Shown: positions 1 to 10,294, numbered from the stretch's first letter. The stretch: 64,000 bases of DNA from an uncultured delta proteobacterium (GCA_963753975.1 CAVWEH010000002.1:320001-384000), one strand, 5' to 3'. Notes: generated from the letters alone by a model not told the origin. Numbers and translations: made by a program.

Positions 1-282
1 AAAGCATGCAGCAATTTTTGTAGGTATGCTCCCTTTCTAACGGTAATCAATATAGCATTGGACAAATTTCTCATGTTTTACGAAGTTCGATTTTAGTCCT
101 TATTGCCATGAAATACGAAATATATAAATAGATATCTGCTGTAAATAATGGTCATATTTTCCTTTTAAGAAAAAAGAAGTTATGTTATTTTGATACCCAA
201 ATCATCGGAAAAAGCGAAGTTCGGATATTAATTGTTTAGCAGGGCGACAAATATCAACCGACTAAGGAATTGAGAGAGACAA

Positions 283-1203
283 ATGATATTGCTTACTGGT
301 ATGACTGGAAAAAGCGGTAGATGGTTTCTGCGGAAGTTAATAAACAGTAATGATCATATTAGGAGCACGAGATTCAGAGTTGTTGTCAGAAATTCTTCAA
401 ATACTGATTTAATTAATAAAAGTGGATTGTCTATAGAAAAGGCTAATGGTGATTTGAATGATTCAATCTTTCTTGATGAAATTATGAAAGATATTGACAC
501 AATATTTCATATTGCAGGAATTCATACTTCACTAAAAGTCGTTAAAGCCGCCGTAAAGAATAATGTAAAATGGATAGTTCTTGTTCATACGACTGGTATT
601 TATTCGAAGCACAAGTCAGCAGGCGAAGAATATAGGCAAACCGAAAAACTAATTGAAGAGCTAATATCAGGTTCAAATATAACCCTGACCATCTTGCGAC
701 CAACTATGATCTATGGGAGTCTAAACGATAATAATGTTGCCATATTTATTAAAATGGTTGACAAACTCCATTTTTTCCCAGTTGTGAATCATGCAAGTTA
801 CCCTCTTCAGCCAGTGCATGAAAAGGATCTCGGTGATGCCTATTATAGAGTTTTAATCAATGAACGAATAACCAAGGGAAGGAATTATATTTTGTCTGGG
901 AAGAGCCCAATTTTGCTGATTGATATTTTTAAAACAATTGGGCGGTTGCTTGGCAAAAAAAATAAATTCATTTCGGTTCCATATCCGATTGCATATTTTG
1001 GAGCGGTAATTATATATTTCACATCACTAGGGAAAATTGATTACAGGGAAAAAGTACAAACATTAGTTGAACCTCGCATTTTTCCCTATGAAGACGCTAA
1101 GAAAGATTTCGGATATTCACCCATGAGTTTTGAAGAAGGGATTATCAATGAGATCGATGAATATAAAAAGGCTGCATTTGTTAAGAATTCTTTTAATGCT
1201 TAA
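283..1203 (+). CDS. NAD(P)-dependent epimerase/dehydratase (extended SDR family)
   Basis: N-terminal LTGMTGKSG Rossmann-like motif, TILRPTMIYG and QPVHEKDL motifs; AT-rich coding sequence. Confidence 0.85.
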   Translation: MILLTGMTGKSGRWFLRKLINSNDHIRSTRFRVVVRNSSNTDLINKSGLSIEKANGDLNDSIFLDEIMKDIDTIFHIAGIHTSLKVVKAAVKNNVKWIVLVHTTGIYSKHKSAGEEYRQTEKLIEELISGSNITLTILRPTMIYGSLNDNNVAIFIKMVDKLHFFPVVNHASYPLQPVHEKDLGDAYYRVLINERITKGRNYILSGKSPILLIDIFKTIGRLLGKKNKFISVPYPIAYFGAVIIYFTSLGKIDYREKVQTLVEPRIFPYEDAKKDFGYSPMSFEEGIINEIDEYKKAAFVKNSFNA

Positions 1204-1391
1204 ATGTGTCAGGGCACCAGCATAACTGGGCGTTATGCTCCACTTCAAGTGATATTCCTTACTATAAGATCGTTTGTTTCACCTACAAAGAAACAAGTAG
1301 TGCGAATAAATTTTTTAATAGTTTGCTTTTGAAATATTTGATCCAAAGTGATTTTCAGCGGCGGCGGTACACCGTATGCTACAACCGAATT

Positions 1392-1670
1392 TCAGGCACA
1401 TTCTTGGCTGCGCCAGCGCTTGACGATCTCATCCACATTCAAGTCTGAGGGCCCGTCCTTCCACTTCGCGTAGAAGTCTACGTCGTCACTGTTTGGAGCT
1501 GGGCACGGCTTATCGAACTGAACCCGAGTCGCTAGCGGAACCGCTTCCCCCAGCACTAGCGCGTCGCCACGTCCCAAACCAGCCGGAATGTTGACCAAAT
1601 CACCTTCGCTCTCGAGTACTAGGCTCCGGACATAGCTTTGGTCTTCGGGATTGATGATCCGCAGACAGAT
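1392..1670 (-). pseudogene. C-terminal remnant of a HerA/DUF87-type ATPase
   Basis: The frame extends upstream of the ORF call and reads ICLRIINPEDQSYVRSLVLESEGDLVNIPAGLGRGDALVLGEAVPLATRVQFDKPCPAPNSDDVDFYAKW, resembling HerA-family C-termini. No N-terminus or Walker motifs are present; GC-richer than the left neighbour. Confidence 0.75.
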
Positions 1671-1710
1671 CTCAGAAGTTAAAAAAAGAAGATCGTGCTG
1701 CGTCGGTAAT

Positions 1711-2955
1711 TCATCGACTCATCTCTTTATCCTTCTTCAGGATGTAATCAATAGTCACATTAAGAGCCTGTTCCACCATTGCCGGTTCAATGGCATCCGT
1801 CGTGTCTCTTGAGGTATGATAGACTAAATCCCTTGGCAGTTTCCCGACATTTAAATCAAAGGCGAGCATGCATGTGGCTTCAATTCCGCCTCTGGCGAAT
1901 GCCGCCGCATCGGTGCTGCCTCCTCCCCAGGGCATCCGGGCCACATGAGCACGGTATCCGAGCTCCCCGGCAATAGTTACCAGATCATTGGCCATGGAGT
2001 CCGACAGGTCTCTGGTCAAATTCATATCGTTATTGAAAAAAATCAACTTATCGGCCTTATACAAGGTATCATAACATAAAACGTAAGACTTGGTACTGAC
2101 CATCTCTTGTGCATGACGCGCGACATAGGCCATCGAGCCCCTCAGTCCGCTTTCTTCCGCGTCAACAGTCAGGCACACGATTCGGGTGTGGCTGAGCAAA
2201 TTGTTCCCTGCTTTCTTGCTGTCCGCCAGAATACGGGTAACTTCGTTGGCAAGAGCTACGGCAATCATATTATCTCCGGCGCCGGGCGAAACAGCATCCG
2301 TCGTGAACCACCAGAGAGGTAACACCGGAACAAAAGTTGCGGCCATTACGGCAGGCACCCACCACGGCGGATAGCCCATGATGACACTGGTAATGGAAAG
2401 GCCGGTCCCCAGCAGGAAGGGCAGAATACCGCCGAAAACAACAAAAGGATACAACCTGGGTGATAAGGCCATATAATGAAAGACATAGGCTGCATCATGA
2501 TGACCGCAGAGAATGATCTGCTGCTGGACATCCTGATCCGGTTCAACAATTCCTCCAATATTGTACCCTTGCCCTTTGGGGAAGAAAGGATCAAATATCT
2601 TTTTATAAAATACAATTTGAGAGGAAAACATAGCAAGAGATAATAGCAGGCAAAATAGCGCAACAACGGGCATTTTCAAAAAAATAAAGGCAACAGCAAT
2701 TACATAAAGAATTACCAAGGGCCGAATAATTTTTATACAAGCTGTGGGGTGGAACGCAAAGGATTCATGTTTTACGGAATGGAAATCGCAATGACGTGAA
2801 AACTCCTCTGCGATCGCTTTTCCGGCTCTTTCGCAGGAATCACTTCCCGCCAGCCGGTACGGGAAATTTTTGACAATATAATCCGTAAATTGAAGGGCAT
2901 GGCGAACATTTTCGGATGTTATAGAAATTTTATGATCGGAAAACGGCCTCATCAT
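1711..2955 (-). CDS. M28-family Zn peptidase with transmembrane segments
   Basis: CGHHD, PGAGDN, DAEESGLRGS, GGSTD and YHTSRD motifs. Confidence 0.85.
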   Translation of the reverse strand: MMRPFSDHKISITSENVRHALQFTDYIVKNFPYRLAGSDSCERAGKAIAEEFSRHCDFHSVKHESFAFHPTACIKIIRPLVILYVIAVAFIFLKMPVVALFCLLLSLAMFSSQIVFYKKIFDPFFPKGQGYNIGGIVEPDQDVQQQIILCGHHDAAYVFHYMALSPRLYPFVVFGGILPFLLGTGLSITSVIMGYPPWWVPAVMAATFVPVLPLWWFTTDAVSPGAGDNMIAVALANEVTRILADSKKAGNNLLSHTRIVCLTVDAEESGLRGSMAYVARHAQEMVSTKSYVLCYDTLYKADKLIFFNNDMNLTRDLSDSMANDLVTIAGELGYRAHVARMPWGGGSTDAAAFARGGIEATCMLAFDLNVGKLPRDLVYHTSRDTTDAIEPAMVEQALNVTIDYILKKDKEMSR

Positions 2956-3051
2956 GATCTCGAATTTTTTACCGGTGATGGCGAGTCTCTAGAATATCAG
3001 ATTTAACTATTTTTTTGAATCATATCAAACTATAAGAAACCCGTGCTTTTT

Positions 3052-3139
3052 TGGTGCCTGGGGCGGGAATTGAACCCGCACAGTCTCAAGGACCGAGGGA
3101 TTTTAAGTCCCTTGCGTCTACCAATTCCGCCACCCAGGC
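3052..3139 (-). tRNA. tRNA-Leu(TAA)
   Basis: Reverse complement GCCTGGGTGGCGGAATTGGTAGACGC-AGGGA CT TAA AA TCCCT, long variable arm, GGTTCAATTCC, CCA end. Confidence 0.97.
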
Positions 3140-3287
3140 CTGGATTGACGAACCGGAGAAACTCTGCGGCTTATATTATTTTTAACTTTTAGTGTCAAGG
3201 ATTTGATCGGCGATTTTTTGTTTCTTGAAGGTTGGGTAAATTTTATGCTAAGGATGAACGCAACACACAAAGACAAGGGAATATCCG

Positions 3288-4613
3288 ATGCAAGAAATTG
3301 ATATCATTATCAACGGCGGAAAAGCGCTTCTGCTTGATTATCAAAACACACATTTAGAAAACGCAGCAATTGCCGTCAATGCCGGCGAGATAGTCGCCAT
3401 CGGACAGGCCGGACAAATTGCCAACAAATACCGTGCCAAAAAAACGATCAGTGCCAAAGACTCTCTCATTATGCCCGGTTTTGTTAACTGCCATACGCAC
3501 GCGGCCATGACCTGTTTTCGCGGCATCGCCGACGATCTCGAACTTATGGATTGGCTCAATAATTACATCTTTCCGGCGGAAGCCAAGAATGTAAATAAAG
3601 AACTTGCCTACTGGGGAACGCTCCTCGCCGCCGCCGAGATGATCAAATCAGGGACCACCACATTTTGCGACATGTACATCTTCGAAGATGAAACCGCCCG
3701 CGCCGCAAAAAAAGCGGGGATGCGCTGTCTTATCGGCGAAGTACTCTTTGATTTTCCTTCGCCTAACTTTAAAACTGCCGAAGAAGGCCTCGCTTACAGC
3801 CGAATGCTCGCGGAGAAATGGCAAAATGATCCGTTGATCAACATCATTATCGAACCACACGCGCTCTATACGTGCTCCCCTTCCCTCTTGGCCCACGCGA
3901 AAAAGATTGCAGAGCGTTACAAAATACCGCTGGGAATTCATCTTCTGGAAAACAAATCCGAACAGGAACAGCTCCAGCAGAAGTATGGCAAAAGTGCCGT
4001 TTCTTTTTTAAAAGATATCGGTTATCTAAATGGACGGTTTATTGCGTTTCATTGCGTTTATCTCTCTCGCGACGATATGAAGCTCTTAGCCGCTCACAAG
4101 TGCAGAGTTTCCCATAATCCCGCAAGCAACATGAAACTGGCGAGCGGCGTAGCTCCGGTGCCTGATATGCTCCAGGCCGGCATTACCGTCGGGCTGGGAA
4201 CCGACGGCTGCGCCAGCAACAATAACCTGGATATGATCAAAGAAATGTCCACTGCCGCCAAGCTCCATAAAGTCGCCAGGCTTGATCCGACGGTAATGGA
4301 TGCCCGCACAGTCCTGCGCATGGCTACTATTGAAGGTGCTAAGGTTCTCGGCATGGAAAAGATCACCGGCTCTCTGGAAGTGGGCAAAAAAGCCGATATT
4401 ATCATCATTGGACTGAACGAGCCTCATTTGACGCCGCTTTACAGCGAATATTCGCATCTTGTTTACGCGGCAAGCGGAGCCGATGTGGATACGGTATTGA
4501 TCAACGGCAGGATTGTAATGGAAAACCGTAAACTCTTAACTATCGACGAAAATGAAGTCCTGGAAAAGGTAAGAGTAATTGCGGTCGGAGTAAAAGATAG
4601 TTTAAAGAAATAG
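3288..4613 (+). CDS. mtaD: Amidohydrolase, 5-methylthioadenosine/S-adenosylhomocysteine deaminase-like
   Basis: MPGFVNCHTH, HLLE, HNPASNMKLASG, GLGTDGCASNNNLD, GSLEVGKKAD. Confidence 0.8.
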   Translation: MQEIDIIINGGKALLLDYQNTHLENAAIAVNAGEIVAIGQAGQIANKYRAKKTISAKDSLIMPGFVNCHTHAAMTCFRGIADDLELMDWLNNYIFPAEAKNVNKELAYWGTLLAAAEMIKSGTTTFCDMYIFEDETARAAKKAGMRCLIGEVLFDFPSPNFKTAEEGLAYSRMLAEKWQNDPLINIIIEPHALYTCSPSLLAHAKKIAERYKIPLGIHLLENKSEQEQLQQKYGKSAVSFLKDIGYLNGRFIAFHCVYLSRDDMKLLAAHKCRVSHNPASNMKLASGVAPVPDMLQAGITVGLGTDGCASNNNLDMIKEMSTAAKLHKVARLDPTVMDARTVLRMATIEGAKVLGMEKITGSLEVGKKADIIIIGLNEPHLTPLYSEYSHLVYAASGADVDTVLINGRIVMENRKLLTIDENEVLEKVRVIAVGVKDSLKK

Positions 4614-4692
4614 ATATTTTATCGTTACTTATTTGTCCCGGCATTTGCCGGGCTTCGGGCAATCAATGCAAAAATAAGCTTATGAGCCCTAG

Positions 4693-5379
4693 CTATTCGT
4701 ATTCTTCGAGATATTTCTCAATATAATCACTTACACACTCATTCGGCTGATAGATGCCCAAATGGCCTTCACAGAGGATATCGGCGTTCAGATTAAGCAA
4801 AGCCTGCATCGATTTTTTCCACGCTCCTATATCGGAACCAAATGATTTGTGAAAGGGGCCGTGAATATCCTGCCCGAAAAGAATTCTTTTTCCCTCGCGA
4901 TCCAGATAAAGAGAAATGGAGCCGGGCGTGTGGCCGGGTGTATGGAGCCAACGGAGTTCTTCCCTGTCGAATTTCAATATTCCGTAAGCGCCCTTTAGTT
5001 TCTCATCTATTGGTGTCGGCGGAAATGTCGTGTCATACCAGTTGGCGGCCGTACGCACGGAATCACCGGACTCCATTGCATCCGCGTCTAATTCATGGAT
5101 TAATAATTTAGTCCCATATTGCTTTCTAAATAAAGGCGCCGCACCAATATGGTCGATGTGATTATGTGTTAAAATTAAGTGGGAAATGTTAGATGGATTT
5201 AAGCCTAAAAATTCGATATTGCCGACAAGCTGATTGAAGCTTCTGCCCGCTCCTGAGTCGATTAAAACAAGCTCTCCTTCAAAATTGATCAGGTATACTG
5301 CCGCGTCATCGGGCAGTGTGATGTTAGGGCCACCAATTAGATAAATACCGCCGATTATTTCTTCCGTCTTGATTCTCAT
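4693..5379 (-). CDS. MBL-fold metallo-hydrolase
   Basis: THNHIDHIG (HxHxDH), HTPGHTPG, CEGH; start moved to MRIKTEE to avoid overlap with pyrD. Confidence 0.85.
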   Translation of the reverse strand: MRIKTEEIIGGIYLIGGPNITLPDDAAVYLINFEGELVLIDSGAGRSFNQLVGNIEFLGLNPSNISHLILTHNHIDHIGAAPLFRKQYGTKLLIHELDADAMESGDSVRTAANWYDTTFPPTPIDEKLKGAYGILKFDREELRWLHTPGHTPGSISLYLDREGKRILFGQDIHGPFHKSFGSDIGAWKKSMQALLNLNADILCEGHLGIYQPNECVSDYIEKYLEEYE

Positions 5380-5413
5380 GGAAGTAACTTTGCATTTGTC
5401 TTTCGTCTTTACG

Positions 5414-6340
5414 TCACGGTTGGAATGTACCAATGATTTGGTTAATATTTTTTATTCTATTTCTTGCCAAATAGTTTTGCATCCCTTCTAAAATATCTAT
5501 GGTCGCGTGGGGATTGATGAAGTTAGCGGTGCCTATCTGTACCGCTTTAGCTCCCAGAATTAAAAATTCCAGTGCATCTTCGGCTGTCATTATTCCGCCG
5601 ATCCCGATTACGGGCACCGAAACTCTCTGGACTACCTGCCAGACCATGCGCAGCGCAACCGGCTTTATGGCCGGACCGGATAGTCCTCCGGTAATATTTT
5701 TTAAATTCGGCTTTCTTTTTTTTAAGTCAACGGACATGCCGGCCAATGTATTGATCAGCGATATGGCATCCGCGCCTGCTTCTTCGACAGCCTCGGCAAT
5801 TACCGCTATATCCGTGACATTGGGAGTAAGCTTCACAATTACCGGCAGGCCTGTTGCATCTTTGATTCTGCGCGTAACCTCGGCGGCAGTTTTCGGGTTG
5901 GAGCCGAAACTCAAGCCGCCTTTTTGAACATTGGGGCAGGAAACATTTATTTCCAAAGCGTGCACTCCTTTGGCCATGCTTAACTTTTTTGCTACCTTTA
6001 TATATTCATCATAAGTCTCGCCGTAGATATTGGCAATAACCTTGGCATCAAATTTTTGCAAGAAGGGAAGCTTCTCGTCAATAAAAGCATCCACTCCGAT
6101 ATTCTGCAAACCGATAGCGTTCAACATTCCTCCTGCCGTCTCCATTATTCGCGGCGGTGGATTTCCCAGACGAGGCTTTAGCGACAAACCTTTAACAACA
6201 ATCGCTCCAATCCGGTTTAAGTCAACATAATCGGCGTATTCTTCTCCATAACCAAAGGTGCCCGATGCCGTCATTACCGGATTTTTGAGCTTGAGTCTGC
6301 CCAAATTCACGGCCATATTTACAGATGTTTTAGTTTTCAT
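5414..6340 (-). CDS. pyrD: Dihydroorotate dehydrogenase family 1B, catalytic subunit
   Basis: [43 protein letters not shown]. Confidence 0.95.
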   Translation of the reverse strand: MKTKTSVNMAVNLGRLKLKNPVMTASGTFGYGEEYADYVDLNRIGAIVVKGLSLKPRLGNPPPRIMETAGGMLNAIGLQNIGVDAFIDEKLPFLQKFDAKVIANIYGETYDEYIKVAKKLSMAKGVHALEINVSCPNVQKGGLSFGSNPKTAAEVTRRIKDATGLPVIVKLTPNVTDIAVIAEAVEEAGADAISLINTLAGMSVDLKKRKPNLKNITGGLSGPAIKPVALRMVWQVVQRVSVPVIGIGGIMTAEDALEFLILGAKAVQIGTANFINPHATIDILEGMQNYLARNRIKNINQIIGTFQP

Positions 6341-6365
6341 TGTTAAATAGAACCGTCTAAATTAT

Positions 6366-7031
6366 TTAATTATCCGCGCGACGGAGGTCAACGGTGTATT
6401 CTTCCGGCGGGCCATCCCACTCAGTGGCACGCTCCAAATCATCTAATTTATCCAAAACATGCTTTTCATACTTTTCGCGATAGTACTTATCCTTGACAAG
6501 GTTCTCTTCATGATCTGACCTTTTATACCCGTAAGTAAGGAAAAAACCTTTATAGTGTTTGTTAATGATGAATAACTCCTCCTCACCGAAGACATACGCC
6601 CACCAACTCCAAAAACCATATTTATCTTTGTAGAGTCTTTTCTGCCATTTTTGATCCATAGTGATGTCCAGATTTATTACAATTTTTTCTGAGAGTACGC
6701 GTTCATAGCACTGCATGTCCAATGTTTTGGCCGCAAAAAAAACCCCACCGTTTTTATCAGTTGTCAATTCCATCTTTATAGCTTCTTTTATTTTCCCTGG
6801 TGCTTCATGAATGAAGGAAGGGTAAAAGAAATAGCTCAGGCAACTCATATCGGGATACCAGGTAGTGAGTACATAATAGACCTTTATTCCGGTCAGTGGC
6901 TGTTTTGTCACTGCATCAATCACCTTGAGCTTCACCGGCCGTACATTCCAGTCATTAGCCAAACTAATATTGTATGACAATGTAAAAAGGAGCCCCGTTA
7001 AAATTATTACTTTAACAAAAGCTTGTTTCAT
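6366..7031 (-). CDS. Hypothetical exported protein
   Basis: 221-aa ORF with signal-peptide-like N-terminus and AAGGA RBS; no family recognised. Confidence 0.7.
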   Translation of the reverse strand: MKQAFVKVIILTGLLFTLSYNISLANDWNVRPVKLKVIDAVTKQPLTGIKVYYVLTTWYPDMSCLSYFFYPSFIHEAPGKIKEAIKMELTTDKNGGVFFAAKTLDMQCYERVLSEKIVINLDITMDQKWQKRLYKDKYGFWSWWAYVFGEEELFIINKHYKGFFLTYGYKRSDHEENLVKDKYYREKYEKHVLDKLDDLERATEWDGPPEEYTVDLRRADN

Positions 7032-7090
7032 TATGTAATCCTTCTCAAGATATCATATCGCGTGGCATTTTTCTTAATCATTAGACACAG

Positions 7091-7909
7091 TCATTCCCAA
7101 AATATTTCATCGAGATTGAATACCGGGCCGTCGGCACAAACCCGCTTATAAGTCAAGGCACCTTTATTATCTTTAACTGCAACGGCACAGCCGAGGCAGG
7201 CACCGATGCCGCAGGCCATTCTCTCTTCCAGCGACACCTGAGAGAAGAATTTATATGCGCTTAACATCTTAGCCAGTGACTGGAGCATATCCTTCGGCCC
7301 GCAGGCGTAAACGGCCGTGCTTGCCGGCGAATATTTCTTTATGTCTTTTTGAAATACTTCTGTAACGAATCCCTTCTTCCCCAGGGTTCCATCATCCGTG
7401 CAAACACTAATATTGTAACAAAGCTTTTGGAGCTTATCCAAACCTAGAATAGACTTAGCGGTTTTAGCGCCCAGGTAAAAAGTCATTGCCGATGGCGAGA
7501 AACACTTATCCGCGCATAAATGTTCGACCAAAAGCGACAGCGGAGCGACACCCATACCTCCGGCGATAAAAACGATGTTTTGCCTGGTCTTATCGCCTTC
7601 AAAGCCACGACCCAATGGTCCGTGTATTTCAACTTGTGACCCACTAATCAATCCCGCCAGAATTTGCGTTCCCTTGCCCACTACAGAGTAGAGGAGTTCG
7701 ATCCCACAGGAATCTTTTCTGCGAGAAAAAGAATATATGCTTAGCGGCCGTGCCAATAGCGGTTCGTATAACCCTGAAATTCTGATCATTACAAACTGCC
7801 CCGGCTGTGGATCACCAAACGAAGTAGGCAGGATTACCTTCATCAGAAAAATGTTCTGCCGAATCTCCTCATTTTCTACAATTTCGCCGATGAAAATATT
7901 ATTCCCCAT
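7091..7909 (-). CDS. pyrK: Dihydroorotate dehydrogenase electron-transfer subunit
   Basis: PGQFVM, RPLSI, GPLGRGF, AGGMGVAPL, EERMACGIGACLGC...VCADGPVF 2Fe-2S motif. Confidence 0.95.
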   Translation of the reverse strand: MGNNIFIGEIVENEEIRQNIFLMKVILPTSFGDPQPGQFVMIRISGLYEPLLARPLSIYSFSRRKDSCGIELLYSVVGKGTQILAGLISGSQVEIHGPLGRGFEGDKTRQNIVFIAGGMGVAPLSLLVEHLCADKCFSPSAMTFYLGAKTAKSILGLDKLQKLCYNISVCTDDGTLGKKGFVTEVFQKDIKKYSPASTAVYACGPKDMLQSLAKMLSAYKFFSQVSLEERMACGIGACLGCAVAVKDNKGALTYKRVCADGPVFNLDEIFWE

Positions 7910-7911
7910 TT

Positions 7912-8021
7912 TACCCCGTTAGAGATTGTTGCCAAACTCCGATTGCATTATGCCTCCATTTTTGGGATGACAATCAAACGACGATATTTTTCATGGAACG
8001 CCCGTCCTCTCTAACGGGCTA
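7912..8021. mobile_element. 110-bp MITE-like element with terminal inverted repeats, copy 1
   Basis: Left TACCCCGTTAGAGA, right TCTCTAACGGGCTA, flanked by TT and AA; same ends as 27569-27685. Confidence 0.8.
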
Positions 8022-8492
8022 AACATCCGCCCACATAATCAGGGCGTCTTCATGTGTTTCCGGATAATAAAGCGGCCTTATTCCTTTTACTACAAAACCG
8101 CATTTCTCGTAAAGTTTTATTGCTGCTGTATTGGATGGCCTGACCTCTAAAGTTTGGGCTCTGATTCCCAGTTGCCTTGCTATTTCCTGCATTGCTTTTA
8201 AAAGATGGAAAGCCAAGCTCTGCCTCCTGAATTCTTTTTTTACCGCGAGATTATGCAAATGAGCTTCATCGGCGACAATCCAAAAAATAATGTACGCACC
8301 CACGACACGTTTCTCACCAAAATTCAGCCGCGCTGTCAGACATTGAGCTTTGGCATTATTTAGTTCTTTCACGAACGTTGCCGCCGTCCAGGGCAAAGAA
8401 AAGGATTCATTTTCAATTGCCAATATCTCCGGCAGGTCTCTCTCTCTCATCAGATCAAGTGTTACCCGAGGAGAATCTTTTTCACAGGACAT
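8019..8492 (-). CDS. rimI: Ribosomal protein S18 alanine N-acetyltransferase
   Basis: IENESFSLPW, EAHLHNLAV, LEVRPSNTAAIKLYEKCGF, YY...EDALIM. Confidence 0.92.
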   Translation of the reverse strand: MSCEKDSPRVTLDLMRERDLPEILAIENESFSLPWTAATFVKELNNAKAQCLTARLNFGEKRVVGAYIIFWIVADEAHLHNLAVKKEFRRQSLAFHLLKAMQEIARQLGIRAQTLEVRPSNTAAIKLYEKCGFVVKGIRPLYYPETHEDALIMWADV

Positions 8493-9177
8493 GGAACAAT
8501 TCCAAAAATACGGCCACGATTAAGAATATTGCGCAAAAAACGGGGATGGCGCCGCGCAGTTTGATAGTGTTCATGGCCACGGCAATGCCCAACAGGGGCA
8601 AAAAATAATACATAAAAGAAAGGGTTGATAGAATCGCTGCGGGTAATTTCGGATATGCCCAGATTAGCAAAGTTATGAAGATCGCCTGGGAAACCAGGAG
8701 ATAAAACACATCAAATAAAAATACTTTGATTAACCCTAAGTAAACTTTTTTTTCTATCGCGCGAATGTTGCTTTTTTTCGCGTCTTCCAGCGCCTGGTCG
8801 GAAAGAATATCGTTGGATTTGATAATCAGAATATCCATCTTCTGAGCTAAAAGGCCGCACGGGACGGCCATAAGTATAGAAAGAGCAATTAATTGAGTGA
8901 ACTCGCCTCCTAATTTTTGACCGGCTATAACCGCTGTGGAAGTCGCGATCACTGCCACAAGGGAATCGTTGGGCGGGATATATGTTCCCACGGGTATACG
9001 ATCAATCCAGATGAGTTCAACAAACGCTCCGATTATCAATCCCGCGTAAAAATTGTGGAGAAGAAGGCCGGTTAAAGGTGCAATTACAATCGGCCGGGAA
9101 ATCATCGCCTGAATGAAAACACGATCAAGACATATCAGGCCGCCGCAAAAAGATATCAAAGTAATTTTTGTAAACAA
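8482..9177 (-). CDS. PTS mannose/sorbose-class IIC-like membrane protein
   Basis: QAMISRPIV, GAFVELIW, GTYIPPN; follows IIA and IIB. Confidence 0.85.
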   Translation of the reverse strand: MFTKITLISFCGGLICLDRVFIQAMISRPIVIAPLTGLLLHNFYAGLIIGAFVELIWIDRIPVGTYIPPNDSLVAVIATSTAVIAGQKLGGEFTQLIALSILMAVPCGLLAQKMDILIIKSNDILSDQALEDAKKSNIRAIEKKVYLGLIKVFLFDVFYLLVSQAIFITLLIWAYPKLPAAILSTLSFMYYFLPLLGIAVAMNTIKLRGAIPVFCAIFLIVAVFLELFHVL

Positions 9178-9192
9178 GTAAATACCAATATT

Positions 9193-9705
9193 TTATGGCT
9201 TTATATTGCAGTAATCTTTAAGTGCTTCTCTAATATTAACAGCCCGCTCGCGGGGTACTCGCTTTAATTCAATAACTACTCCGGCTTTTTCCAGAAGCGT
9301 TAGAATATCCTGAATTTCCTTATCACATAAAAAAACGGAAGGGGAGCAGCAAATTTTGAATTCTTCATTATGAATATTGCCGATATTCAATTTATCAAAA
9401 TGAAAGCCTAAATTAAAAGCCCGGCAAACGGCGGCTATATTTCTAAACAGTACAATTGTTTTTTTACCGCCATCATGAGAGAAATTATAATTTTGGGCAA
9501 AATCACCGACAGAGCTGATAATTAATTCTATTTCACTGGGCACGGCCATCCTGATCACTGTTTCACTAAAGACATCCCCGGAAATATTGTCATCCACAAC
9601 GATGATGCATTTCGCCTTGATATACGGTACCCAGGCCTCTAATATTTGACCGTGGACAAGCCTGTTGTCAACCCGAACCAAAGCTATATCGAGATCCTGA
9701 GCCAA
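9193..9705 (-). CDS. PTS mannose/sorbose-class IIB
   Basis: RVDNRLVHGQI phospho-His motif, LNIGN. Confidence 0.9.
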   Translation of the reverse strand: MAQDLDIALVRVDNRLVHGQILEAWVPYIKAKCIIVVDDNISGDVFSETVIRMAVPSEIELIISSVGDFAQNYNFSHDGGKKTIVLFRNIAAVCRAFNLGFHFDKLNIGNIHNEEFKICCSPSVFLCDKEIQDILTLLEKAGVVIELKRVPRERAVNIREALKDYCNIKP

Positions 9706-9709
9706 TTGA

Positions 9710-10120
9710 TTACCCGAGAGCTTTTTTGCTTAAAATTTCACTAGCCAGGGAAATATTTTTTTGCCCGTATTCTTTAATAAAGCGGGCTAATTCCCGCAAA
9801 TTCATGTCTTCTTTTAATTCCGACAATTTGAGCAACATTGGTAAATTAACTCCGGTAAGAACTTCAACTTTCCCTTCTTTCATAAAAGAAAGCGAAATGT
9901 TGGAAGGCGTCCCGCCAAAAAGATCTGTAAGAATCAAAACTCCCTTGCCCTTGTCCAGTTTCTTTATGGCGTTGCTGATTTCTTTTTTTATCTCCTCAAC
10001 GTCTTTGGTCTGATCGATACTAACATGCAATATGTCATTCAGCGGCCCTTTAATCAGCTCCGCTGCTTTAATCAACTCATTGCCCAGGTTCCCATGCGTA
10101 ATAATAAGCACACCGATCAT
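9710..10120 (-). CDS. PTS mannose-class IIA
   Basis: IITHG, LTDLFGGTPSN, GVNLPML. Confidence 0.92.
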   Translation of the reverse strand: MIGVLIITHGNLGNELIKAAELIKGPLNDILHVSIDQTKDVEEIKKEISNAIKKLDKGKGVLILTDLFGGTPSNISLSFMKEGKVEVLTGVNLPMLLKLSELKEDMNLRELARFIKEYGQKNISLASEILSKKALG

Positions 10121-10294
10121 TATTATACTATCCCCCTTTAAGCTATCTTCAGCCAGGCTCTTAAATTTAGAACGGTAAGCTAATGGATTGCATTATAATT
10201 GTCAAGGTTTATAGACGGACTATCTTCGAAGGAAAAAAGAAATACCCGTAGGTTTGTAAGCGATTGTAATAAAAACACTTTACTGAATATTTTG

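Noticed and set aside
1668..1671. GATC at the HerA-remnant breakpoint as a cloning chimera
   Set aside because: A 4-mer is expected by chance and there is no independent evidence.
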